Positions 18,844 through 34,107 of a stretch of DNA of 64,000 nucleotides are shown here, piece after piece; the first letter of the stretch is position 1; the number at the start of each line of letters is the position of its first letter. Origin of the DNA: the human T2T-CHM13v2.0 reference genome, Homo sapiens. The stretch lies in assembly GCF_009914755.1 (NCBI RefSeq), contig NC_060936.1. The stretch is one strand, 5' to 3'. Below the pieces are notes generated by a model that had not been told where the DNA came from, did no database searches, and worked only from the letters and a program-made list of their open reading frames with translations. The position numbers were made by a program, and so were the translations under genes.

Positions 18844-19819
18844 TCCCTGCTTATGTATAGAAAACGCTAAAGACTCCACAAAACTATTACAACTAATAAT
18901 TGAATTTAGTAAGTTGCAAGGCATAAAATCAACAAACAAAAATTGGTTGTACTTCTGTACTATAATAACAAAATATCCCCAAAGTTTAAGAAAAAAATCC
19001 CATTTACAATAGCATCAAAGAGAATAGAATACTTAATTATAAATTTAAATAAGGAGGTGAAAGCCTTACATACTGAAAACTACAAATTATTGATAAAAGA
19101 AATTAGAGAAGACACAAACAAATGGAAACACATTTTGTGGTCACAGGTTGGAAGATTCGATATTTTTAAGATGTCTATCATACTACCCAAAGCCATCTGC
19201 AGATTCAAAGAAATTCCTATCAAAATCAAAATAATACTTCTTACAGAGATAGAAAAAATTATAAAATTTATAGAGACCCACAAAAGACCCTGAACAACCT
19301 AAACAATCTCAAAAAAGAAGGACAAAGCTGGAGGCAACACATGTCTTGATTTCATGGATAAAGCTACAGTAATTAAAACAGTATGGTACTGGCATAAAGA
19401 CAGACATACTGGTGAATAGAATAGAACCGAGAGCCCAGAAATAAATCCATGCATATGTGGCCAATTGATTTTATGTAAAGATGGCCAAAGAACACATGAT
19501 GGGGGGAAAATAGTTTCTTCAACAAATGGTGTTGGAAAACGTGGATATCTACATGCAAAAAAAAAAAATTAAATTGGACGCTTAGCTTACAGCATACACA
19601 AAAATCAATTCAAAATGGATTAAAGACTTAAACATACAATCTGAAACAACAAAATTCCTACAAGAAAACATAAGGGGACGCTTCACGACATTAGACTTAG
19701 AAATGATTTTATGGATATGACACCAAAACCACAGACAACAGAAGCAAAATTAGGTAAGTAAGACTACATCAAACTAAAAGGCTTCTCCACAGAAAAGAAA
19801 ACAATTAATAGCAAAAAGA

Positions 19820-19917
19820 GGCCAGACATGGTGGCTTACACCTATAATTCCAGCCCTTTGGGAGGCTGAGGCCACAGGATCACTTGAGCCCAGGAGTTCA
19901 AGACCAACCTGGGCAAA
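19820..19917 (+). mobile_element. Truncated Alu left monomer/FLAM
   Basis: ggccagacatggtggcttacacctataattccagc...cctgggcaa then an abrupt end. Confidence 0.8.
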
Positions 19918-20029
19918 TCTAATAATAACATTATTATTTCCCCCTACAAAACTTTTCAGAGTTCTATTGCCTATAAGATAAAGTCCAATTCCTTATTTCA
20001 CCTTAGTCCTAACCCTGCTAGCCAAGATT

Positions 20030-20212
20030 GCAAAGCTGCCTACCTGACTCACAGCTAACCACAAACAAAGCTGAGGGAGCCCAGCTGAGACCAGGATAAC
20101 AAACTGCTGAGCACAATCTACATTGCCAACCTACAGAATTGTGAGCTAAATAATTTTTTTAAGCTAGTGAGTTTTGGAGTGTCTTGTAATGGAACAATAG
20201 CTAACTACTACA
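20030..20212 (+). mobile_element. MLT1 LTR 3' fragment
   Basis: cagaattgtgagctaaataa...ttaagctagtgagttttggagt...aatagctaactactaca. Confidence 0.65.
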
Positions 20213-20421
20213 ATTTCCTTTCTCAACATCAATTCCTATATTGTGAGTCTCTTTGAAAAGCTATAATGGTAGTGAGTATGGAATTCAACAGTATATCGTG
20301 ATTTGTAAAACTGTCCAGGACCAAGACTACTGTGAGGTTGAGTGAGGCATCTGCCTTAAGGGAAAAATTTAAGGGAACACCTAAAAACTCAATAATCAAC
20401 ATAAATAGCATTTTAATGCAA

Positions 20422-21930
20422 CTTTTTTAATAATTTTTTTATTTTATTTTAGGCTGGGTGTGATGGCTCAAGCCTGTAATCACAGCACTTTGGGAAGTGG
20501 AGGCAGGAAGATCACTTGAGGCCAGGAGTTCGAGACCAGCCTGGCCAAGATGGTGAAACCCCATCTCTACTAAAAATAGAAAAATTTGCAGGGCGTGGTG
20601 GCGCTTGACTGTAATCCCAGCTACTCAGGAGGCTGAAGTACAAGAATCGCCTGAACGCAGGAGGCGGAGGTTGCAGGGAGCTGAGATCACACCACTGCAC
20701 TCCAGCCTGGGCAATAGAGGGAGACTTCAACTCAAAAAAAAAATTATTTTAGATTCAGGGGGGTACATGTGCAGGTTTGTTACATAGGTAAATTGTGTGA
20801 TGCTGAGGTTTGGGCTTCTATTGATCCCATCACCCAAATAGTGAACATGGTACCCAATAGATAGTTTTTCAACATTTGCCCCCTCCCTTCTACCCACCTC
20901 TAGTAGTCCCCAGTGCCTATTATTGTCATCTTTATGTCTATGTGTATCCAATGTTTAGCTTCCAGTTATCAGTGAGAATATGCAGTATTTGGTTTTCTGT
21001 CCCTCTGTTAATTTGCTTAGGATAATGGCCTCCAGCTGCATCAATGTTGTTGCAAAGGACATGATTCTGTTCTTTCTATGGCTGCATAAGTATTCCATGG
21101 CGTATATATTCCACACTTTCTTTATCCAATACACTATTGATGGGCACCTCGGTTGATTCCATGTCTTTGCTATTGTGAATAGGACTGCAATAAACATAAA
21201 AGTGTAGGTGTCTTTTATGTAGAAATATTTCTTTTCCTTTGGGTATAAGCCCAGTAATGATATTGCTAGGTCGAATAGTAGTTCTATTTTTAGTTGTTTG
21301 AGACATCTCCAAACTGCTTTCCACAGTGGCTGAACTAATTTACATTCCTACCAATGGTGTACAAGCACTCCCTTTTTTCAGCAACCTCACTAACATCCAT
21401 CGTTTTTTGACTTTTTAATAACCCATTCTGACAGGTGTGAGATGGTATCTCATTGTGGTTTTGATTTGCATCTCTCTGATAATTAGTGATGATGAGCATT
21501 TTTTCATATGTTTGTTGCCCTCTTATATGTCTTCTTTTGAGAAGTGCCTGTTCATATCTTTTGCCCACTTTTTAATGGAGTTATGTTTTTTCTTGTTGAT
21601 TTGTTTAGGTTCTGTATAGACTCTGGATATCAGTCCTTTGTCAGATACATAGTTTGCAAATATTTTCTCCCATTCTATAGGTTTTCTGTTCACTCTGTTG
21701 ATAGTTTCTTTTGGTATGCAGAAGCTCTTTAGTTTACTTAGGTCTCAATTGTCAATTTTGTCAATTTTTGTTTTTGTTGCATTTGCTTTTGAGTACTTAG
21801 TCATAAATTCTTTGCCTACACCAATGTCCAGAAGAGTATTTTCTATGTTTTATTCTAGGATTTTTATAGTTTGACATCTTATATTTAAGTCTTTAATCCA
21901 TCTTGAGTTAATTTTTGCATATGGTGAGAG
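20422..21930 (-). mobile_element. 5'-truncated L1PA16-like element with an AluS in its tail
   Basis: 3'UTR 'agattcagggggtacatgtgcaggtttgttac...gatgctgaggtttgggcttctattgatccc'; TSD taatgcaa. Confidence 0.85.
20452..20743 (+). mobile_element. AluS
   Basis: Full dimer with A-tail. Confidence 0.9.
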
Positions 21931-23519
21931 TAATGCAAAAATTAATGAGAAACTTATGATAAAAAAGATATCTCAATTTTAAATAAAGACTAGATCAGAC
22001 AACAATACAAGCCAATTTCTACTTAACATCTCAGAGAAATATGAGGGGATCAAGAAATCTTTAAATGGGATTAAAGGAACAATGGAAAGAACTCATTTCT
22101 TATTCTCAGACTCTTTAACAGGAAACAATTATAAATTTATGTTCTCTATAACATTAAACTCATGTTTCGCTGCAAAACACAATCAACAATAACACACAGC
22201 CCTCCCATTTTCCCCTACCACCTGATTAATGGTCTTATGCCAGTGAAGGAACAGGAAAGGCAGCTGTTGAGACTAGTCACAGATGGAGTTTGCAATGCTA
22301 GTAAAAACCAACTTAAATTTAGACATTGCTTTTAGCTTCAAAATTATACAGACAAGACTATATTAAAGAACTTGTTATAAGAGGCTGATAAAATATGTTC
22401 ATCTTTAAGCTCTATAACCAAATGTTTTCAATGGTCCCACCACACTTTCACTAAAATAAAGCTTCAAAAAGCTATCCATGATTATTTTTTCTAAATGAAT
22501 TTGAAGCAAATTATTGAGGAAAATGTGTTTACTTATTATGTAACACACTTATTCTTAATGAGCCTCTTACATTTTGGGGCAATTAATAAGGTTTAAATTT
22601 TTCTAATGATTAGTCCTAGGCCCTGTCTATGAAGTGAAAAGACATTGCCATCTGTGTCCCTAATACAGACCTTAAAATATAAATAAGAATCACCAGACAA
22701 CAACTCAGCTGGAGTGAATTATATTGAGATAGTATAAATAAGGAAAGGAATTTTAAATTATTAAATTGGAAATACTTTCATAAACATTGTGTTTCTTTGG
22801 TGGTTGGTATAATTCTAATAATACTGGGTGCTCTATGATATGAACTTATTACTATTTCTGAGCCATCCTTCACATATAATGTGAATATGGTATATGCCTC
22901 AAAATTACCCATGGCTGTGCCATCCATTTGATAAATGAGAAGTATTTTCTGCTTCCCAGTAAAAGGCAAACACAAAAGAGAGGTTCTACAGCTTGTATAC
23001 ATAAAAGAATAGCCTATCTTTGACATAAAGTAAACACTTATTGAGCTGGTACTTATAGAGCACTATACATATTTAAATTACCAAATTTGATCCTCAAAAT
23101 GCTGTGGGACAGATAATGTATCAGTGAAGGAATTTGAACGCCTGAACTCATCCTTTTCTTTCACCCCTTTGTCCAAGAACATTAGGAACAACCAACCAAC
23201 AGCACTATATTCCTTAGTTTTCCAAAAATGTTTGAAAGTATCATATAGAGTCACGTAGCTCCTTGCTTCTTTTAAGTGGTTGGTTAGGAGTATTCAATAG
23301 AGATATTTTGCACATCTCTATAAATGCCATGGACTATCAGTCTCTCTTTATACTGGAAATAGGATCATTAGTATCTTTAAGTCTAATCAGATTAGAAAGC
23401 CAATTGAAGAAAACTCAGAACCAAATCAGAAAACTCATCTTTAACATTCTATTCCTCTAGAATCACTCTTGGTACCAAAGTCTATATTAGTCAGGATTCT
23501 CCAGAGAAAGAGAGAGCAT

Positions 23520-23520
<1 letters not shown>

Positions 23521-23571
<51 letters not shown>

Positions 23572-23600
23572 AGAGAGAGAGAAAGAGAGAGAGAGAGAGA
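23521..23600. repeat. (CA)n(GA)n compound microsatellite
   Basis: Directly visible. Confidence 0.95.
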
Positions 23601-23627
23601 AAGGGATCTATTATGAACTGTTGGCTC

Positions 23628-24025
<398 letters not shown>

Positions 24026-24576
24026 CTAAGAACCAGGAGACATGATAGTGTAAATCCCAGTCTAAGAGCAGAAGACCAGTGTCCCAGCTCAAGCAAGCAG
24101 GCAGGAAACAAAAGGGACAAATTCCTCCTTCCTCCGCCTTTTTTGTTCTTATTCAGGCCCTGAACAGATTGGATGGTGCCCACCCACATTGGGGAGGACA
24201 ATGTACTTTACTGAGTCCACTGACTCAAATGCTAATCTCATCTGGCAACACCCTCACAGACACACCAGAAATAATGTTTAATCTGGGCACCCTGTGGCAC
24301 AGTCAAGTTAACACATAAAATTAATCATCGTAAGTGTTATCAACCTTCTTTTACAGAAGGATTTATGGAGGTGAAATAAGTTGACCAAAGTCACAAATAT
24401 ATAGGAAAGTCTGGATTCCTTTCCAAGTCTTCTGGTTTCAGTCTCCTGTTCTTCCTACCACATTGCACAGGATTTCTGAGAGGACCCAGAAGATGAACCC
24501 CATTCCTCCACAATGGAGTCCCACCAAGGTTTTTCTTCAGTGTGAGGCATGTGATGGTGACTGAGAGGAGTTAAAT

Positions 24577-24969
24577 GTATTAATTGTACTAATGGCCCCA
24601 GTTCTTCACCTCCTATGAATCAATGCTACTTGGCCAGCTGACTGCATTTCTCAAGGTTCAGCCATGTGACTTGCTTTAGCTAATGGGATGTTAGCAGATG
24701 TGATATATGCAGAAGGTTGAAAAAGTACTCTTGCTACTGTGCTTCAGCTACTGCCATGAGAACATGCCTGAGTTAGCCTGCTGGAGCATGAAAACCTGGT
24801 GGCCCAGGTGCTTCAGTCAGCTGACGTGGGAGTGAAAACAACTGAGATCAGCAGAACTTCCCAGACCAGCAGTCTCTGACCTGCAGACTCGTGGGTAAGT
24901 GAATGGTCATTGTTTTAAGCCACAGAGTTTTGGGGTAGTTGCTTATTGTGGCAGCAGATAACTGATACA
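24577..24969 (+). mobile_element. MLT1 (H/I/J-like) LTR
   Basis: gccatgtgacttgctttagctaatgggatgttagcagatgtga ... ttttaagccacagagttttggggtagtt...gataactgataca. Confidence 0.8.
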
Positions 24970-25049
24970 GACTCTCATAGTGAGAAGAAACAAATGCTAA
25001 CTCTGAGCGTATTCCAGAATTAGTGTCCAGTTGGTCAGTACACAGAGGC

Positions 25050-25657
25050 TATCTTAGTTAGCTCAGGCTGTTATAACAAAATACCATAGATCAAGTGGCT
25101 TAAACAACTGATATTTATTTCTCACTGTTCTGGAGGCTGACAAGTCCAAGATCAGGGAGCCAACACTGTCTTAGAATTGAGAATCTGGAGGGAAGGGTGC
25201 TTATTTCCTGATTTAAAGGCTAAAACTCCTCAAATCATGCAATTATAAAAGACATAGCTTTATTTGTTCTTCATTCATTTTTTCCATCCCTTATGGGTGA
25301 TATAGACTAAAGTGTCAGTTTCTGCTTCCAATAAACAATTTCCTTTTAAGCATACAAAACTTTAAAAGTTTTTTAAAACAGACTAAATCACAGTATATAT
25401 GAGGGCCCTCTTCCTGGTTTGCAGACAGCTTCCTTCTTGCTATGTCTTCACATGGTGGAAAGAAAGACAGCAAGCTCTCTGGTCACTTCTTATAGGGGTG
25501 CTAATCCCATCAGGAGGGATGGGACTGTGACCTCAGCTAAACCCAATTACCTCTCAAAAGCCCCACCTCCAAATGCCATCACATTGGGAGTTAGAGCTTC
25601 ATGATATGAATTGTTTGAGTGGAGGGCAGAGGGAGACAAATATTTAGTCCATAACAG
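25050..25657 (-). mobile_element. MLT1A-like LTR with ~230 bp foreign insert
   Basis: atcttagttagctcaggctgttataacaaaataccataga...aagtccaagatca; resumes gagggccctcttcctgg...tttagtccataaca. Confidence 0.8.
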
Positions 25658-28600
25658 AGGCCCTGAGAACACAAAATGGGTCCCCAACCAAACTTAGGAA
25701 CAATCAGAAAATGTCAACCTTTAAACTTAAAGCAAATCAAAACAATACAAATTCCATGAAGACATTTCCTGGATCATCATGGTGGATGGGAGGCAGGACT
25801 AGATTGCAGCTCCAACTTGGATGGACAGAGCAGCATGTGGAGGCTCACATCATGAATTTTAGCTCTAGAATGACTGCAGGAATAAACCAGGAGTCCCAAA
25901 AGGACCCACAGACCCTCTAAAGGAGGTAGACTGCTCCTGCAGGACCCAGGAGACACCCCAAATACTCTGAGTGCCCAAACTGTGGAAGGGGGAAAGGGAG
26001 ATCCTCCACCCCTGAACACACACCCCCACTGAGGAAACTGAAGGTCTAGTTTGAAGGAGGAGTTTCCAAACTTACCTGGAGCTGAGTCAATTTAGAGAGC
26101 TGAGTGAAATACATGGGGTAGAGGAAGCAGCAGGAAAGGCCCTGTGAACTCACTGGGTCCCAAAGCAGGCCATTCCTGCCTGGTATCACAGGGATCCTTT
26201 GGGAGGGTGACCAGAGGCAAGGGGAAAACCACAAGGAGAAGGAAGTCTCCAGCTGAACTTTGTAACAATTTGAACTGGGCAAGAAGCCTCCAGGCCAGAA
26301 CTCAGGAGACAGCACAAATCCAGTGTGGAGACTCCACAGGTGGGGGAAGTACTAAAGCCCTTTTCTTTCACAGCTGGGAAGCAGGTAGCCTGGGGCAAGT
26401 TCTCAGCCCTGCTTGCCCACTGCCTGGAAACAGACTCAGTGCTGTTAGAGGGGCACTGTACAAGTGAGACTGGCCCTTTGGATTGCGTGGGAGCTGGGTT
26501 AGGCCTGTGACTGCCAGCTTTCCCCCACTTCCCTGACAATTTGCATGACTCAGCAGAGGCAGCCATAATCCTCCTAGGTACACAACTCCAGTGACCTGAG
26601 AATCTCATCCCCATTCCCCACAGCAGCCACAGCAAGACCCACCCAAAAAGAGTCTGAGATCAGAAATGCCTAGCCCTGCCCCAACCTGATGGTCCTTGAC
26701 TACCCACCCTGGTAGCTGAAGACAAAGAATATATACTCTTGGGAGTTCTAGGGCCCTGCCCACTGCCAGTTCCTCTCCATACTATCACAGATGATGCTCT
26801 CTGGAAAGCACCACCTCCTGGCAGGAGGCCAACCGGCACACAAATAGAACATTAAACCACCAACGCTAAGAACCCTCACAGAGTCCATTTCACCTCCTGC
26901 CACCTCCACTGAAATAGGCATTGGTATCCACAGCTGAGAGACCCATAGACAGTTCACATCACAGGAATCTGTGCAGACAAGCCCCAGTACCAGCCCAGAG
27001 TCTGGTAGACTTGCTGGGTGGCTAGAACCAGAAGACAGATAACAATCACTGCAGCTTGGTTCTCAGGAAGCCACATCCATAGGAAAAGGGGGAGGGTACA
27101 ACATCAAGGGAACACCCCATGGGACAAAAGAATCTGAACAACAGCCTTGAGCCCTAGACCTTCCCTCTGACAGAGCCTACCCAAATGAGAAGGAACCAGA
27201 AAACTAACTCTGGTAATATGACAAAACAAGGTTCTTTAACACCCCCTAAAAAATCACACTAGCTCACCAGCAATGGATCCAAACCAATAAGAAATACCAG
27301 ATTTACCTGAAAAAGAATTCAGGAGGTTAGTTATTCAGCTAATCAGGGAGGCACCAGAGAAAGGCAAAACCCAATGCAAGGAAATACAAAAATGATACAA
27401 GAAATGAAGGGAGAAATATTCAAAGAAATAAATAGCATTAAAAAAATCAAAACTTCAGGAAACACTGGACACACTTACAGAAATGAAAAATGCTCTGGAA
27501 AGTCTCAGCAATAGAATGGAACAAGTAGAAGAAAGAAATTCAGAGCTTGAAGACAAGGTCTTTGAATTAACCCAATCCAACAAAGACAAAAGAATAAGAA
27601 AATATGAACAAAGCCTCCAAGGAGTCTGGGATTATGTTAGCCAAACCTAAGAGTAATCACTTTTCCAGGGGAAAAAGAGAAATCCAAAAGTTTGAAAAAT
27701 ACATTTGGGGGAATAATCAAGGAAAACCTCCCCAGCCTTGCTAGAGACCTCAACATCTAAATACAAGAAGAACAAAGAACACTTGAGAATTTCATCGCAA
27801 GAAGATTATTGCCTAGGCACATTGTCATCAGGTTATCTAAGTTAAGACAAAGGAAAGAATCTTGACGGCTGTGAGACAAAAGCACCAGGAAACCTATAAA
27901 GGAAAACCTATCAGATTAACAGCAGATTTCTCAGGGGAAACCCTACAAGCTAGAAGGGATTAAGGCCCTATCTTCAACCTCCTCAAACAAAACAATTATC
28001 AGCCAAGAATGGTGTATCTTGCAAAACTAAGCATCATATATGAAGGAAAGATACAGTCTTTTTCAGACAAACAAATACTGAGAGAATTCACCACTGCCAA
28101 GCCAGCACTACAAGAACTGCTAAAAGGAGCTCTAAATCTTGAAACAAATCCTGGAAACACATCAAAACAGAACCTCTTTAAAGCATAAATCTCACAGGAC
28201 CTATAAAACAAAAATACAATTTAAAAAGCAAAAACAACAAAACCAAGGTACACAGGCAACAAACAGCACGATGAATGCGATGGTACCTCACATCTCAATA
28301 CTAACATCGAATGTAAATGGCCTAAATGCTCCACTTAAAAGATACAGAACTGCAGAATGGATAAAAACACATCAACCAACTATCTGCTGCCTTCAAGAGA
28401 CCTAACACAAAAGGACTCACATAAACTTAAAGTAAAGGGGTGGAAAAGGGCATTTCATGCAAATGGACACCAAAAGCAATCAGGGGTAGCTACTCTTGTA
28501 TCAGACAAAACAAATAAAGCAAGAGCAGTTAAAAAAGACAAAGAGGGACATTACATAATGGTAAAAGGCCTTGTCCAACAGGAAAATATCACAATCCTAA

Positions 28601-31045
28601 ATATGTATGCACCTAACACTAGAGCTCCCAAATTTATAAAACAATTACTAATAGACCTAAGAAATGAGATAGAAAGCAACACAATAATAGTGGGGAACTT
28701 CAATACTTTACTGACAACACTAGACAGGTCATCAAGACAGAAAGTTAACAAAGAGACAATGGATTTAAATTATACCTTGGAACAAATGGACTTAACAGAT
28801 ATATACAGAGCATTTCATCCAACAACCAGAGAATACACATTCTATTCAACAGTGCATAGAAGTTTCTCCAAGATAGACCTTATGATAGGCACAAAGCGAA
28901 CCTCAATAAATTTAAGAAAATAGAAATTAGATCAAACACTCTCAGACCACAGTGGAATAAAACTGAAAATCAACTCCAAAGGAAACCTTCAAAACCATGC
29001 AAATACATGGAAATTAAATAACCTGCTCCTGAATGATCACTGGGTCACAAACAAAATCAAGATGGAAATTTAAATATTCTTTGAATTGAATGACAATAAT
29101 GGCACAACCTATCAAAACCTCTGGGATACAGCAAAGGCAGTGCTAAAAGGAAAGTTCATAGCCCTAAACGCCTACATTGAAAAGACTGAAAGAGCACAAA
29201 CTGACTTTCTAAAGTCACACCCCAAGGAACTAGAGAAACAAGAATAAACCAAACCCAAACCCAGCAGAAGAAAGGGAATAACCAAGATCAGAGCAGAACT
29301 AAATGAAATTGAAATAAAACAAAAGAAAAGATAAATGAAACAAAAAGTTATTTGAAAAGATAAATAAAATTGATAGACCATTAGCAAAATTAACCAAGAA
29401 GAGAGAAAATCCAAATAACCTCAATAAGAAACAAAATGGGAGATATCACAACTGACACCACAGAAATAAAAAAGATCATTCAAGGCTGCTATGAACACCA
29501 TTATGCACATAAACTAGAAAACCTGGAAGAGATGGATAAATTCTTGGAAAAATACAACCCTCCTAGCTTAAATCAGGAAGAACTAGATACCCTGAGCAGG
29601 CCAATAACAAGCAGCGAGATTGAAATGGCAATTTAAAAATTGCCAAAAAGAAAAGTCCAGGACGAGACGGATTCACGGTAGAATTCTACCAGACATTCAA
29701 AGAAGAATTGGTACCAATCCTTTTGACACTATTACAAAAGATAGAGAAAGAAGGAACCCTCCCTAATTCATTCTATGAAGCCAACATCACTCTAATACTA
29801 AAACCAGAAAATGATATAAGCAAAAAAAAAAAAAAAAACTACAGACCAATATTCTTGATGAACTTAGACACTACAATCCTTAACAGAATACTAGATAACT
29901 GAATCCAGTGACATATCAAAAAGATAATCCACCATGATCAAGTGGGTTTTGTACCAGGGATGCAGGGATTCAGAATATATGCAAGTCAATTAATGTGATA
30001 CACCACATAAACAGAATTAAAAACAAAAATCACATGATCATCTCAAGATGAAGAAAAAGCATTCAACAAAATTCAGCATCCCTTTATGATTACAACTCTC
30101 AGCAAAATCAGCATACAAGGGACACACCTCAATGTAATAAAAGCCATCTGTGACAAACCCACAGCCCAGATAATACTGAATGGCAAAAAGTTGAAAGCAT
30201 TCCCTCTGAGAACGAGGAACAAGACAAGGATGCCCACTCTCACCCCTCCTCTTCAACATAGTATTAGAAGTTCTAGCCAGAGCAATCTGACAAGAGAAAG
30301 AAATAAAGGGCATCCAAATCAGTAAAGAGGAACTCAAACTGTCACCGTTTGCTGATGATATGATCATTTACCTCGAAAACCCTAAAGACTCCTCCAGAAA
30401 GCTCCTAGAACTAATAAAAGAATTTAGCAAAGTTTCTGGATGCAAGATCAATGTACACAAATCAGTAACTCTTCTATACACTAACAGCGACCAAGTAAAG
30501 AATCAAATTAAGAACTCAACCCCTTTTACGATAGCTGCAAAAAAAAAAATCAAATACTTAGGAATATACCTTACAAAGGAAATGAAATCCCTCTACAAGG
30601 AAAACTATAAAACAGTGCTGAAATAAATCATAAATGACATGAACAAATGGAAACACATCCCATGCTTATGGATGGGTAGAATCAACATTGTGAAAATGAC
30701 CAGACTGTCAAAAGCAATCTACAAATTCAATGCAATTCCCATCAAAATACCACCATCATTCTTCACAGAATTTTTTTAAAATTATAAAATTCACATAGAA
30801 CCAAAAAAAAAAAAAAAAAACCCCACATAGCCAAAGCAAGACTAAACAAAAAGAACAAATCTGGAGGCATCACACTACCTGATTTCAAACTATAGTATAA
30901 GACCATGGTCACCAAAACAGCATGGTACTGGAATAAAAATAGGCACATAGACCAATGAAACAGAATAGAGAACCCAGAAATAAGCCCAAATACTTTAAGC
31001 CAACTGATCTTTGACAAAGCAAACAAAAACATAAAGTGGGAAAAG

Positions 31046-31403
<358 letters not shown>

Positions 31404-32267
31404 TCAACAAATGGTGCTGGGATAATTGGCTAGCCACATGTAGGAGGATGAAACTGGATCCTCATGTCTCACCTTATTCAAAAATCAACTCAAGATGGAT
31501 TAAGGACTTAAATCTAAGATCTGGAACTATAAAAATTCTAGAAGATAACATTGGGAAAACCCTTCCAGACACTGGCTTAGGCAAGGATTTCATGACCAAG
31601 AACCCAAAAGCAAATGCAATAAAAACAAAGATAAATAGCTGAGACCTAATTAAACTAAAGAGCTTTACACAACAAAAGGAACAGACAGCAGAATAAACAG
31701 ACAACCCACAGAGTGGGAGAATCTATACATCTGACAAAGGACTAATATCCAGAATCTACAACAAATTCAAACAAATCAGCAAGAAAACAACAAACAATCC
31801 CATCAAAAATTGGGCTAAGGACATGAATAGACAATTCTCAAAAGAAGATATACAAATGGCCAACAAACAGATGAAAAAATGCTCAACATCAGTAATGATC
31901 AGGGAAATGCAAATCAAAACCACAATGTGATACCACCTTACTCCTGAAAGAATGGACATAATCAAAAAAATCAAAATTCAACAAAAAAGTAGATGTTGCC
32001 ATGGATTTGGTGATCAGGGAACACTTCTACACTGCTGGTAGGAATGTACAGCCACTATGGAAAACAGTGTGGAGATTCCTTAAAGAACTAAAAGTAGAAC
32101 TACCATTTGATCCAGGAATCCCACTACTGGGTATCTACCCAGAGGAAAAGAAGTCATTATACAAAAAAGATACCTGCACATGCATGTTTATAGCAGCACA
32201 ATTCGCAATTGCAAAATCATGGGACCAACCCAAATGCCCATAAATCAACGAGTGGATAAAGAAACTG

Positions 32268-32270
<3 letters not shown>

Positions 32271-32342
<72 letters not shown>

Positions 32343-32352
32343 TACATATATA
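32271..32352. repeat. (TG)n(TA)n(CA)n microsatellite in L1PB 3' region
   Basis: Directly visible. Confidence 0.95.
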
Positions 32353-34107
32353 ATGAAATACTACTCAGCCATAGAAGAGAATGAATTAATGGCACTCACA
32401 GTGACCTGGACGAGATTGGAGACTATTATTCTAAGTGAAGTAACTTAGGAATGGAAAACCAAACATCGTATGTTCTCACTGATATGTGGGAGCTAAGCTA
32501 TGAGGACACAAAGGCAGAAGAATGATATGATGGACTTTGGGGACTTGGAGAGAAGGATGGGAGTGGGGTGAAGGATAAAAAACTACAAATAGGATGCAGT
32601 GTATACTGCTCGAGTGATAAGTGCACCAAAATCTCACAAATCACCACTAAAGAACTTACTCACATAACCAAACACCACCTGTTCCCCAATACCCTATGGA
32701 AAAAAATTTTTAAAAAATAAACAGCTATAGTTGGAAAAAAAATTCCATGAAAAGCATCTACAAAACTATGCCCCTTCCCCATTCCATAACACTTCTGTAA
32801 CAAAAATGGTTAGAACTAGTATCTACTTTTGTCACTAAAAATTAACTCCTTGGTTTATATTCCTACCCTATCCTAAAATGTTGAAAAGATACTATCTTTT
32901 GCCCAAAATTGTATGCAATTCCTTTTTTACCACAACTATATATGGAATTATCGGTAGATTCTAAAAGAATAGATGTGTGTGTGTCTTCTGTTTTTGTGAC
33001 AATTGCTACCTTTGATGACAACCAGAGTACACACAGGACAGACTTTTCTTCTTTCACAATAATGATAAGAATCATAAAGTGTGCAAAAGGTGTGCTGAAG
33101 AAGAAAATGCAATTTTCATGTTTTAATTAGTGGTGATCCAAAGTCTGGCATGGCTCAGACATGAAGTAGACAGCATGTGGAATGGAGAGGCATGAAGATC
33201 AGTGAGCTACGATCCTGGAGTCCAGGAATGTACAGCCTATGAGGGAAGACAGATGTGTAAACTGCCAACTGCAGCGCAAGGTCAAAGGCAGCAAGTATTT
33301 CATCACGTTATAAGCTGTGTAGGATAGAGAACACCTGACCAAATTACACAGCTATTAGAAAGGAGAACTATTTTGACATTTTAAAACAAGAAAGTCAAAT
33401 TTATTTTAAATGACAACCTGATTCTGCATTGCATTGTGTATATCTTGTTCTTTATAAAAGTAAGACATAAAGCATTAAGAGTAACTCAGAAGTCACAGTA
33501 TTTTCATGTCTAGGTCTCCCCACAATGGAATTGCATAAAGTTGTGGGTGTTCATTGCTTTTCAGTTTTTTCAGGAGGGGGATGGGCAATCTAACCTCCCA
33601 TCTGCCCTAGATTGTGCAGTGCTTAAGGGAGGGAACTGTAACTTTTACTGTCTATTTCTAACTTCCAACAATGCCTAGCATATGAACAATATTTGATTTC
33701 CTAATGAGAGATTAGTATTATATGGTGACAGGCCTCAGCTTATAAATTAGCTATTTTGAAGGTGCTATTTAAATTCTGTGGATTAAAACTCAGAGGACCT
33801 TTTCCCACAGAAATACAACTATCATTGATAACAAGTTTCCTAGGTTAGACTCTTCCACCCCACCTCCAAAAACGGATCCAGTAATGTACACGCAGAATAA
33901 CTTTGTGCTGGACAATTAGCACCACGAAACCTAATCTACTTGGATACCCACATCTCTCTCTGCTAGCATTCAGCTCAGATGCTTCCCTGCCACTTCTCCA
34001 TCCTCACTTCCACCTACTGAGCAGTGCAAATGCAGGACTTTGTTCATTCCAAGCCACTCTTAATAACTGCCAGAGTACAGGACAGAAGATGGCATGAGGG
34101 CTGGGCC

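Larger units (their letters stand above)
20316..21998 (+). mobile_element. MER96B-like hAT remnant (20316-20421 and 21931-21998) split by an L1
   Basis: 'gtgaggttgagtgaggcatctgcc...aaaatttaagggaacacctaaaaactcaataatcaa' resuming at 'taatgcaaaa...ttttaaataaagactagatc'. Confidence 0.7.

Noticed and set aside
22778-23026. 82 aa ORF in unique AT-rich DNA
   Set aside because: No recognisable homology or convincing exon structure; length expected by chance.
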